A stretch of DNA of 64,000 bases from Cyanophora paradoxa CCMP329 (taxonomy: Eukaryota; Plantae; Glaucophyta): assembly GCA_004431415.1 (NCBI GenBank), contig QPMI01000588.1:208834-272833 (forward strand), given 5' to 3'. Shown here piece by piece: positions 24,901 to 36,719 of the stretch. Under the pieces are notes generated by a model that was not told where the DNA came from, did not search any database, and worked only from the letters and a program-made list of their open reading frames with translations. The position numbers were made by a program, and so were the translations under genes. Every line of letters begins with the position of its first letter. Position 1 is the stretch's first letter.

Positions 24901-27900
24901 CGATCACTCGCCGCGGGCGGTGCTGTGACTACGATGTCATTGAGCTGCTGGCATCCCGCACTGTCCCCCGTGAGGGCCGTGGCCCGCTCCCAGGCGGCGT
25001 CCGTGACTCGAGCGAGTACTCCTGGCTCGTGAACGCCCTCCACGGCGAGTTCTCTGCCGCGAACCGCTGGGGTGAAATGCACCGTAGCATTTTCACCTGG
25101 GTTTGCTACTGCATCTCGCAGTCCGGCGTCCGCGCCGTTGCTCTGATCGAAAAGCCGCGCGACCGCGTGCGCTTGATGCTGGGCGAGGTACGCCGCCGCT
25201 TCACGGCCAAGCGCTCGCACCGTCCGGTCTGGGATGAGTTCGATGACGACCTCCAGACCAGCGACCGCATGGCTCGCGAGGTCGCCGAGCGTGAGGCCGC
25301 CGCCGGCCGCCGTGGCCGCGGCAAGGGCAAGGTCGACGAAACGACCTCTGCCGCCAAGCCCGCTCGCACCCGCGGCACCAGCCGCCGGCCCGCCCCCGCC
25401 AAGCCGGCAAATGCCGAGGCCGAGGGCGAAGGGGAAGCGGAAGAGGGCCCCGGCACGCCCTCTCCTGACCCCATGGAGTCCGATGAGAGCGCTGGCGTCG
25501 ACGACGACACGCGCGAGAGGATGCGGCACGCGCTCTTTGTCCGTGCGGGCATTGACGCCCACCTCTTCGAGCTCATCGGCTGCCCCAGCCCCTCTAGCCG
25601 TTGGCCGACTCAGGTCGAGCACATGTGGCTCGCCAACAGCGGCCTGCAGCCGGCTCAAAACCCGGTCACGCTGCACATCGCTCCCGACCCGGAGCTCGCC
25701 GCCTGGCTCGAAGCTGAAGCGGCCCAGCCGCCCTGGCGCCGCTTCGCCTGGTTCCATGAGAACCCCGACCGCCCCCAGTGGGAGCGGCTGGAAATCGTCA
25801 TGCCGAACCGCCACCCGGCGAACATTCGCATGCTGAAGCGCGCTGTCGCTTCCTTCGAGCTCGCCGCCTCCAGCGCCGGCTTGCTCGTGCCGCTGCCGGA
25901 CCTGCCGGCCGACACCACGCAGTGGAATGCCCTTCACTGGGACGCGTTCTTCATAGATCGCTTTGAGCTGCATGTGTCGCACCTGCCCCCGTACTATGTC
26001 GAGGGACGCTGGCGCTCTTCCGCCAACACGGGCCCGACCCTCTCTGAGGTTGTCGCCCCAGTCCCCAGCCATGCGCGCTGGATGCTGTCCTGCCTAGACA
26101 GCGGTCGCACCGGACCGGGCATCACGCCCTTCGTCCCGCGCGAGCAGCAGAAGCTGCCGGACGACGTTAGCTATTTCTATGACATGGTTAACGCCTCGCA
26201 CCCGGGGTGCGAGGAGCTCGTCCGTACGCTCGCCCCGGCGTACCCGGCAAACCTCGAAATTCCCGAGGTCGTCCAGCGCGAGGCCGCAAAGGACGACTCG
26301 GATTCGTGGCTGGCCACCAGTTACCGCTGCTACGACACCGTCGTCGAAGGCGCTAATTGGCTGCTGGGCGAGATCCACGAGGCCCGAATTGGCGGCAACG
26401 CCCCAATTCGCTCCCTTCCCTTTGTGCAGTGGCTCGACAACTGGGAAGGCGAGGCCCGCCGTAGCGAAGCCGATCGCGACGCTGAGGGCGACGTGCCCAT
26501 GGCCAGCTCCTCAGCTGCGCCTGTCGCCGGACCGTCCGGGGTCTCCACTGCTACGGCCACGCCGGCGGCACCTGCTGCTGGGGCCCGCACGTGGTACGAC
26601 GGCACGCCCGAGCGCGTCCGGTACTGCGACAAGTACTGCGTGCTGCTGCCCGACCCGCTCGGCGGTAGCCCGGCCCGCAATCCGACGGCCGAGCAGTACC
26701 CGTGGGCTGCTATTCCGCGGCTCGTGCCGCTCACCCTCGGCGAGAACGGGCCGCCCGACGCGCCCTGCGTGAATGCGACTGCCCCAGTCGTCACGCGTTT
26801 CCACCCGAACGCGCTCGACGCTGATGCAGCCATGCACTGCCTTGCCTCCACGCTCATCGCAAACGTCGAGGGCCATAACCGCGGCATCCCCGCCGCGGTA
26901 ATGTTGTATGGCCCGCCCGTGCCACCGGCACCGACGTCCATGCAAGGCACCGACGTTCAGGGCTTGCCCTACGTCGCGGCGATGATGGGGCTCGACGAGT
27001 CCATCATGCAGTGGGTCGCGTCGGAGCCCACTCCCGCAAACCGCCTCGATGGGCCGATCACGCGCGCCTACTCGGTGCTGAACACCGCCCTGCACCACAC
27101 GTGCCGCCAGGCGTTTGCGTACCTCGCTCGCCCGCACACGTTCGAGGCGCCCATCGGGGTCAACCGCGCCAAGCGTGGGCAGCGCTTGGTCGTGTTCCAC
27201 GAGCCCCGCTTCGGCAGGGGCTTCGGCATCCGTGGCGTCGCCCAGCCCGATGCCCGGGTCCGCGGCCTCCTGCCAGGCACCCCGATCCAGACGGGCGAGA
27301 AGCACGTGAGCACTGAGCTCGACGTGAACAACGTCGATGTCATGGCGATCCCGTCGGCACGAATGCCACGCGCTGCTCGCTTGGTCCTGCCCACGTGGCC
27401 ATGCAGCACGCCCCGCCCTCCGAGGCGCGTCGCCAGTACGACCGCCTCCCTCGGCGCGTGTTCGTGCTCGGATTCGAGCGGCCCCGCCCGCTCGTCGATC
27501 CGAAGGACCGCGGGCACCGGAAGTACCCGGTTGTCTGCCCGGGCGTGCAGAAGCACGGACCCACGTGGTCCCCGTTGCCGCCCCGGGAGTTCGTCGCATC
27601 CCTGCTTGCGGGGTATGTGAACAGCATGGCTGCCTGGGTGCTGGGGCACGAGCTGCCCGACCAGCCCCGGCCCGCGCCGGCCACGGGATTCAACCCCCAA
27701 ATGCACATTGTGGGGCCGACGGCCATATACGAGTTCATGTGGTCCACCTGCTACCGCGCCGACCCGGCCACTCGTTCCGCGGCCGAGGCAGCAGCTGGGG
27801 CCCATGCACGTTCCGCTGACGGCGACGAGCTTTACGCCGTCCTGCAGCACCTCAAGAGCGGCCAGCTCGGCGAGTCGATTGACGAGACCGCAGCTCTCGT

Positions 27901-30030
27901 CATCGCCTCTCAGCTCCCGCTGACAACGGCGTTCTGGCTCTCGATGCCAGACCTGCCGCGCCCCAACGCCACGCATACGTCCTGGCTGGACAACGCGGCA
28001 GACGCCAGCAAGCGCCTCTCGGACGCCCTGCTGCAGACCTGGGCCTGCCGGCGACGAAGCAGCTGCGCGCTGTTCTCGCCAAGTACGAGCAGGAGGACGA
28101 GCCCCTCCTCTCCGTCCGCCGCCTTGAGCGCATCCTGCCCGCTCGGGTAGCGGCGCACGGCATGCGCCCGTACTGCCACGTCGAGCGCGATACGTGGGCC
28201 GCCAGGCACCTCGTTGCTGGCGCGACGCTCGCGGGCCAGGAGCCCATCGCCTCGGCTCTCCTGAACTGGGTTCAGAAGATCAATGACGTCCTCTGGCCCA
28301 TCTTCACGGGCGTGAAGGCGAAGCGGATTATGGTCTCCGACCTCTATCCCGCCCCTGCCCTGGACACTGTCGCCCAGCAAGGCGCGGCGCTGTTCCCTGC
28401 GCCCCCCGAGGCCAGCGACCTCGGCGACACGGTGGCGGCAATCACGCCGTTCCACTACCGGCTGCGCGCCGAGCTGCTCCAGAACTGGAACGGGTACACG
28501 GCAGAGGATCTGCCCCGAGCTTGCGCGCCCAGCAGCAGGCCGACCACGCCGTGGCAGCGGCCGCCCCGGCGAAGCCTGCGGCATCGTCCTCTGCCTCGGG
28601 CACCACGGGCTCTGGCTCCCGCGAGCCCAGCCCTGCCCCAAGCGCTCGGCCACGCCCTCGCCCTCGAGGAAGAAGAGCGAGCCAAAGCGCGAGCGCTCCC
28701 GCGACCGCCGCGGGCGCCGCCAGAGCCGCGAGGCCGCCGCTTCCCGCGAGCGCACCGAGTCGCCCCGGCAGGAGTCGTCGAGCTCGCCTGCCCCGACGCG
28801 CACGCAGCCGCCGGGCGCCACCGGCCAGCGCCGCGAGCGGCCGCGTATCCTGCAGGGCAGTCGCGTGACCGTTCGCGGCACCGTGCCCAGCGCCTCGTCT
28901 ACGGGACCTGAGTCCCTCGACCTGGCCGACATGGACGACGCCGAATTCACTGCCTATGCCCGCCAGCATGGCCTTGAGTTCGAGCCGGACCCGGCCGAGG
29001 ACACGCGCCAGCGCCTCCTCGCCGAGGCTGAGCGCCGCAGCAAGCGCGCCCGCGTTGCTGCCCAGTCCACCGCGGAATTGGCCCCCGCGCCGTTCCCGTA
29101 CCCGTACCCGGCGTCGATGGGCCCGCCCCCGCCGCGCGTACCCGGCTGGGGGTTGCCGCCGCCCCCACTCTTGCCGCAAATCGCCGGCCCGCACGGCTAT
29201 TACTGGCCGCACGGCCTCATGTACCCGCCTGCGGGTCCCGCGGCCAGCTCGAGCTCCGGCCAGGCCCCGCCGGCCACGGACGAGAATGTGGGCAGTGCCC
29301 ACTACCAGGCCGCCAAGAACTGGCGCGCGCGGCTGCGGCTCCTGCTCGAGCGCAATGCCCAGCCGGCCGTCTTGTCTGAAATGCTCGATGAAATCGCCAC
29401 GGCCGCGGGCCATGATCTCACCGGCACCACCTTGCCGAGCGGCGCCTCTTGGGCGGCACGGAACGCCGCTGCGACGGTGTGGGCCGCAAATTACCCGGGC
29501 ATGGAGCAGTTCGATCGCATTGAATCTGAACTGCTGCGCCTCATCGGCCTCGCCCAGGAGGCCAAAGCCGAGGGCCGCTGCCGCCCCGCACACCGCGCCA
29601 TTCTCCGTATCTACGGCGATGGTGACGATGAGGATGACTTCGCGACGCGCGCTGCACTGCAGCCGCGGGCCATCGCCGAGCGCGCCTTGGCCTCCGCCGC
29701 TGCCGGCAGCGAGCCGACGCCCGTCGTCGACGGAGCGGATCGCAAGTCCTCCGCCGCTCCGGCGAGCCGCTCCGAGGGGCTCCACGCCCGCTCCAGCAAG
29801 CAGCGCGCGGCGCTGCACTTCCAGGCTCCTGAGCCTGACGAACTCGTGGGCTACGGCCCCGACCGCCCCACGGACCTCGCGGTCCCGGAGTCCCCGGATG
29901 GCGCGCCCGACGGCCGCCTGAACGCCCCGGTCCCGATCGCGAAAGTTATCGACGGGATCAACGGTCTCCCGCACGATTTCCGGCGCCTGCTCCTGCAGTG
30001 CCCGGGCTTCGTCTATGCCTTGCATGCCGA
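21956..30030 (+). CDS. gag: Gag C-terminal part with zinc knuckles, followed by a very long uncharacterised coding region (ORFs 21906-27620, 27395-28150, 28162-28911 and 28865 onward, joined by frameshifts)
   Basis: CPLCX11HX4C, then RGG-rich sequence, then CWTCGSLDHIRRDC (22722-22763). The 1904-aa open frame has normal, W/Y/F-containing composition. Confidence 0.8.
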
Positions 30031-33000
30031 CGGCACGCTCGGCGAAAGCACGCGCGTCAAATTCATTTTTGACACTGGCGCAATGGGAGACGTTGGCGAG
30101 AAAAAGCACATGCCGCCCGGCACGCGCTACACGGGTGTGAAGGTCCTCCGGGCCTTCCTCCACCACGCCACGATCACGGCTGAGATTGCTCATGTCGTGC
30201 TGCGCTTCGGCGACGTGTACGTCTCGCGAGCGGTGTACGTCGTCCCTGACGGCTCGCTCGGCCCGAACGCCGACATGCTCCTGGGCATCGGCACGATCAT
30301 GAGGATCGAGGGGCGGATTGACACCACCAGCTCGGGCTGGTGCCTGCACGCGCGCGACGCGCACTTCCGCCCCCACGTGATCCCTTTTCTGTGCCCGGAC
30401 AATCAAAGGGGCCTCTCCTTGTCCGGGTGCTCCGCCCCGTCGTCCTAAAGGACGCCCGCGAATGGATGGTCCGCTGCGTGTTGGACGGCCCTGCGCCGCC
30501 AGCGGACCAGGCCCCGACGCTCGCCGTCGGGCCGGCGCCTGACTCCCTGTCAGCGCTCGGGGTACTCGCGCCCCACCAGTTGCACCGCCGGCCTGCCGAG
30601 GGCGGCAGCCTGCACGTGCGACTAGTAAACCCCGCCAATGAGCCCGTCCTGCTTCCCGCTGGGGCCATTGTAGCGGTGGCGGAGGCTAATAACCTGCCGC
30701 CCGGCGACTTTGGGTTCGACCCGCCGCCCGACGACGCGTCGGCGCGCACCGTCGCCGACTCTTTCATTCGCACGCTGCGAGCCTTCTACCCTAAGCGAGG
30801 GCAAGGCTTCCGCGCGATGCGACGCCGAGCCAATCGAACGGCTGCGGCTTACACGGCAGCTGAGGGCACCACGCCGCCCCAGCACCCCGCTCCAGGGCCT
30901 ATTTTCGCGGCACCCGCCGCCCGGCAGTCCGAAGCGACTGTAGCCACTGAGCAGGAGCCTGCGCCGAGCGCGCCTCCCTTGTTCGTCCGCATGCTGCGCG
31001 ACGACGGCAGTGAGGGCGAAGACGTCCCCATTGTCACAATGGAGGGCCTCGCGCTTTGTGACGAGCCCGTGTCCTCGGACACCGACTCTGAACGCGAGCG
31101 CGAGGACGGGTACCTTGGCTGGACCTCGCCCGAAGAGCGCGAGCGCACCAGGCCCGCCCGCCGCGCTGAACGCGCCGCACGCCGCCGCGCCCACGCGGCT
31201 CGCGCTGCACGCCAGGGGGCTAACGCAGTCCCCACCAATCCCTCCGGGGATCAAATAAATCTCGCTGCCGAGGCGGCTGAGCCGCCGGCGCCCGCGCCGG
31301 GCGCGGCCGCTCGCCCGCCTGCACCGGCGCCAGCACCGCTGGAAGGCCCCGGCTGCTCTGTCCGGACAACGGAAGCGCCCGCGCCCTCCGTAGCCGAGTC
31401 CTCCGCCGCGCGCGGAAAGGACAAGGGCAAGGCGCCGCTGCGAGCCGCCCCTCCGGGCCCCGCGCCTGGCCCCTCCCACGGTGGCGCCCCGCGGGCACCG
31501 CCGGAAGCGACGGGGACGTCGTCTTCCGAAGAGGAGGAGTGGAACCGTGCACGCGCGAAGATCCCGGAATGCGGCTCGCATCCGGCGATGAGCGCTACGG
31601 AACGCGCCGAGCTAGAGGCTCTGCTGAAGCGCTACTCGCGCGCGTTCGCCGACTCGGTCACGGCCACCGAGGGCACGGCCAATCTCCTCCATTACGAGCA
31701 CGTGATCCGATTGACCTCACGGCTGCCCGTCTTCACGCCCCCGCGGCGTGTAAGCCCGCACGCCGAGGCCTTCGCCCGTGACGAAATAAAGCGGCTCCTT
31801 GAGCTGGGCCTGATCCAGCCCTCGCAAGCCGCCTATGGCTCGCCGGTCGTGCTCGCTCCTAAGAAGGACGGCACCTGGCGGTTCTGCGTCGATTACCGAC
31901 GCTTAAATGCGATCACCGAGCGCGACGTCTTTCCCTTGCCACGGATTGACGATCAGCTGGACCGCCTGCGGGGGTCCATGATCTTCTCGACCGTCGACGC
32001 GACGGCGGGATTCTGGCAGCTGCCGCTGGACCCCGCGTCCCGGCAGTACACGGCCTTTGTGGTGCCCTGGGGCCACTACGAGTGGCGCGTGACCCCGTTC
32101 GGCGTGACCAACGGGCCGGCCGCTTTCTCGCGCGCCGTGACGGCCATCCTCGGCCCCCTGCTCACGACTTGCGTCACCGCGTATATCGACGATATCACGG
32201 TGTTCTCGCCAAGCGTGCCCCAGCACCTGCTGGACCTCGAGGCCCTGTTCCGCGCTATCATGCCGGCGAACTTGCGCCTGAAGCCCTCCAAGTGCCGCTT
32301 CGGGGTGGCGGAGGTGGCCTTGCTCGGGCACCTCGTCTCGGCCGAAGGGATCCGCCAGGACCCCGCGAAGCTGGCGTTCATTCGCCAGTACCCGCCGCCT
32401 GCGAACGCTGACCAATTGAGGTCGTTCCTGGGCTTGGCTGGGTACTACCGGCGTTTCGTGAACGGGTTCGCCCGTGTCACCCACCCGCTGCAGCGCCTGC
32501 TGCTTCGGGACGCCGCGTGGCAATGGACCGAGGTCCACCAAGCCGCCTTCGAGGCGCTGAAGGCCGCCCTGCTCGAGGATCTGGTACTTGGGTACCCGGA
32601 TTTCGAGCGGCCCTTCATCCTGTCGACCGACGCGTCGACGTACGCCATCGGCGCGATCCTGTCGCAATCCGATGGCGGCTCGCCCGCCCGTGAGCGGCCC
32701 ATCGCGTTCATCAGTCGAACGCTGGCGCCCGCTGAGCGGAATTACACCGCCACCGAGCTCGAGTGCCTAGCGGTTGTATGGGCAATAAAGTACTGGCGGC
32801 ACTTCCTCCTGGGAGGGCCCCAGTTCCTGGTCCGGACGGACCACCAGGCGCTCCAGTGGTTGCGCTCGCGCGAGGCGACCTCGGGAAGGCTGGGACGCTG
32901 GTCCCTCCTCCTGCAGTCCTACGACTTTGTCGTAGAGTACCGCGCGGGGCGCAACAACGGAGGGCCCGACGCCTGCTCGCGGCCCCACTGAACCACCCGG

Positions 33001-33888
33001 TTCTCGCGCCCGGCGGCGCCGACGGCAGCTCGGCCGCGCCCGACGCGCTGGCCGGCGCCACGGGGCACGGCGTGCCCCAGCCCGGCGACCTTGACGAGCC
33101 TCTGCCGCTGTTTGCAGTCGCTCACGCCGCCGAAGGCGCTGCGGAGGCCCGGGTAGCGGTGGAGGCCCCGCCGGGCCCCCGCCTGACCGAGCTCGCCGAC
33201 GAGCCGGCCGAGGCCGCGCCGCCGGCCCCCGCGTCAGCGTCCGAGCCCGCCGAGGCCGCGGCGCCCGCGGCTCCGCCCAGCCGGGCGGAGATCCTCGTCG
33301 CGCGGCGACAGGCCCGCCTCCGGCGCCAGCTCGCCTTCGAGGGCGCTCCCGCCGCAAGGCGGGACGTCCAGCCCGCCCAGGGGCCGCGTCCGCGTCGGAC
33401 GCGCGCGCCGCCTGAGGCTTTCCAGGAGGGCTCTGACGACGAGCCCGTCCCCCTGCCCGCGCGCGCGCCCCGAGCCGCGTCGGCGCGCGCCGAGGCTGAG
33501 CCCGCGGGGCCCCGGCGCCGCCCGAGCCCCGAGCTCCTGCCGCGGGGCAGGAGGCGCCCCTGCCAGCGGCGCCGGCGCTGCCGCAGGCCGGTCCGCCCAC
33601 TCGGCGCGGCCAGAAGCCCACCACCTGGGCTGAGGTGCGCCAAGGGTGGACGAGTGGCACCGCCTCGCCGTCGCGCAAGGCCTGCCCCCGGCCCCGCGCT
33701 CTCCGAGCCCGCCGCCGGCGCCCGAGTCCGACCCGATGGAGCTGGGCTCCGATGGCGAGGCCGCGCCGCCTGTGCCCGAGCCTGAGGCCCCGCGCCAGGC
33801 GCAGGAGCCCGAGCTCGACGAGGACGGGTTCCCCGTGGCCCTCCTCGAGCACGTACGTCGTCGGTTCCCTCTAGGGCCGCGGCGCTAC
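30031..33888 (+). CDS. pol: Pol, part 1: aspartic protease, reverse transcriptase, RNase H, then a low-complexity linker (frameshifted)
   Basis: VKFIFDTGA (DTG at 30071) and MLLGI; SPVVLAPKKDGTWRFCVDYRRLN; PFGVTNGPAAF; YIDD (32182-32193); LRSFLGLAGYYRRF; FILSTDAS; ELECLAVVWAI; TDHQAL; DACSR. Confidence 0.96.
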
Positions 33889-34205
33889 TCGGGATTTGCG
33901 CTCTCAATGCGTAAATCGAGTTTTGCGCCGACGGAATGCGAACAAAGAAGACCGTAGCCGAGCGCCAGGCACGAAAGAGCTGAGCGACTCGCTAGCCGCG
34001 GAAGCGGCGCGAGGCGAGCACGGGATTAGCAGCAGGCTGCTGCGAGCGCCCCGCAAGGGACTAGCTGAGCTAGCCGTTGGGCCGAGCCGGCGGGCTTGAA
34101 GCCGCCGAGCTCCGGGGGGTACGCTGATTCGGGGTTTCCCTTCACGCCCAGCTTCGCTCGCGGCCGCCCCAGGCCACGAAGCGACCAGCGGCGAAGCGAA
34201 ATCGC
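33889..34205 (+). repeat. Split direct repeat A1
   Basis: Identical by eye to 44344-44660. Confidence 0.96.
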
Positions 34206-34829
34206 CACAGCCAGCACTGCAGTCACTCCTAAACAGCCCTGTCGGACCGGCGGCCGCACTTCTCGGCCGTCCCTCCAATTGCACAGAGCTGACCAACTCT
34301 GCAGCACCACGGCTCGCCATAGCTGCAGTGGAGCGCGATCCCGCGGCAGCAACTGCGCATGCCTCGATGGCTGGCCGGCGCAAACCCTGTTCCCAGCGAT
34401 CCTCCCGGAATCGGCCTCGGGCCCCGATTCACGCTTGAATCTGGTTCCTTACTGCCGTGCCGGTACGTGGATTCACGTCCGGGCCCGCCCGCCACGCTCG
34501 CATCCCGCGCGCGCTGGCTATCCCGGGGCCCACCGTCAGTCCGCGGCCGCCGGCTTGCCTATACACTCTATATAAGCGTGTATTGAGACCCGCCGCGCGA
34601 TTCCTCCGGTTCCCTGACCAATTCCTGCACGCATGCTCCGGAGCTCCTCGGCGCTCGCACCGGACGTCGACACCGCCGCTGTGCCACGCCGGCGGAGCTC
34701 GCGCAGGACTGCCCCGGCCTGCTGGCGCGCGCGCTGCAGACCCACCGCGAAGTCGGGGCTTGGATCGTGCCTTACGCGTGATCCACCGACGGACGGTGCC
34801 CAGCCGCTCGCGCGGCTCGGGGAGGCGAC

Positions 34830-36110
34830 GGAGTACGGCTCTCGCGTGCGCCTCGCGCTGTGGGACGGCCCGCGTGCGCCTCGCGCTGTGGTCCCTGTAC
34901 TCGGAGTTCGGAGGCCGCGCGCGACTCTCGCTGTGGCCCGATCCCCCGGCGGATTCCGGCCGCGACCGCGGCCGGCGAACTTCCACCAGGAGCACGGATC
35001 TCGCGAGCGCCTCGCTGTGAGATGGGCCCGCGTGCGTTCGTCGCTGTGGGCCCCCGTGCAAGGAGTTCCGGGGCCGCGTGCGCCCCGCTGTGGCCCCAGA
35101 CCGCTTCAGCGGCACCAGCCGCTCCCGCGGCCGGCGAACTCCCAACCTGGCCTTCGAATTCGACTCCCGCGTGCGCCTCGCGCTGCGGGACGGCCCGCGT
35201 GCGCCTCGCGCTGTGGGCCCCCTACTCGGAGTTCGGAGGCCGCGCGCGACTCTCGCGGCGGCCCGCTCCGCCCCCGGCGGACCCCGGCCGCGCCCGCGGC
35301 CGGCGAACTTCGACCAGGAGCACGGGTCTCGCGAGCGCCTCGCTGTGAGATGGGCCCGCGAGCGTTCGTCGCTGTGGGCCCCCGTGCGCGGAGCTCCGGG
35401 GCCGCGTGCGTCTCGCTGTGGCCCCAGAGCTTCACCCCGGAGTACGGCTCTCGCGTGCGCCTCGATCGCTGCGGGACGGCCCGCGAGCGTGCGCGCTGTG
35501 GGCCCTGTACATATATATATATACTCGGAGTTCGGAGGCCGCGCGCGACTCTCGCTGTGGCCCGATCCGCCCCGGCGGACCCCGGCCGCACCCACGGCCG
35601 GCGAGCTTCCACCAGGAGCACGGATCTCGCGAGCACCTCGCTGTGAGATGGGCCCGCGAGCGTTCGTCGCTGTGGACCCCCGTGCGCGGAGCTCCGGGCC
35701 GCGTGCGTCTCGCTGTGGCCCCAGATCTAGAGCTTCACCCCGGAGTACGGCTCTCGCGTGCGCCTCGCTCGCTGCGAGACGGCCCGCGAGCGTGCGCGCT
35801 GTGGGCCCTGTACTCGGGTTCGGAGGCCGCGCGCGACTCTCGCTGTGGCCCGATCCGCCCCGGCGGATTCCGGCCGCACCCGCGGCCGGCGAACTTCCAC
35901 CAGGAGCACGGATCTCGCGAGCGCCTCGCTGTGAGATGGGCCCGCGAACGTTCGTCGCTGTGGACCCCGTGCGCGGAGTTCCGGGGCCGCGTGCGTCGCG
36001 CTGTGGCCCCAGAGCTTCACGCCGGAGTACGGACCTCGCGTGCGCCCCGCTGCGAGACGGCCCGCGAGCGTGCGCGCTGCGGGCCCCGGACTCGGAGTGC
36101 GTTACGCTGC
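34830..36110. repeat. Tandem array of ~290-325-bp units (~4 copies) built from CGCTGTGG-containing subrepeats
   Basis: TACTCGG(A)GTTCGGAGGCCGCGCGCGACTCTCGC recurs at ~34898, 35224, 35522 and 35811. Confidence 0.9.
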
Positions 36111-36719
36111 GGACTATAGCTACGACTCTCGCTGGCGCGCGCGCTGCGAGTATTAGTCGGCCCGCTGGCGCGTCTCGAGCTCGCTGCGGACTAGCCGCTA
36201 GCGCTAGCGCTGCTGGCGCGACCGCTACAGCCTCGCGATCGATCGCGATCGCAGAGTGTTTTGTTTGTTTTTGGTCAATTCTAGTCGATTCAAGGATTGA
36301 CTCGACCTTAAAACAAAAACAAAAACAAAACAAACAAAAACAAAACAACGGACGTACCCGTTGTACCGGCCGGACTCCGGACTCCGGAGCCGCCGGACCC
36401 GCGGTACCGGTCCCGCGCCGCGCGGTCTCACTGCCGCAGTGCCAGGCCGCTGAGGCGGGCACTTCCGGGGATCCGCTGCCGCAGTGCCGCCGCTGCGGCG
36501 CCGCACGGCATGCGCAGTCTGCAGTGGCAGTACAGCCGCAGTGCCGCAGTGCGAGCTCGAGTCGGCCGGCGCCCGCAGCTGCAGTTGCCAGGCTGGCGCT
36601 TCCGCTACCGCAGTGCTGCCGCTGCCCCAGTGGCGCGTTACGCTGCGGACTACGGTCCCCGCTTGCGCTCTAGATCTCGCTGCGAGTCGGCCTGCTGGCG
36701 ACCTTCCGCGCATCCGCGC

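Noticed and set aside
21936-33852. Long antisense ORFs overlapping gag-pol
   Set aside because: Shadow frames expected from high GC3 codon usage.
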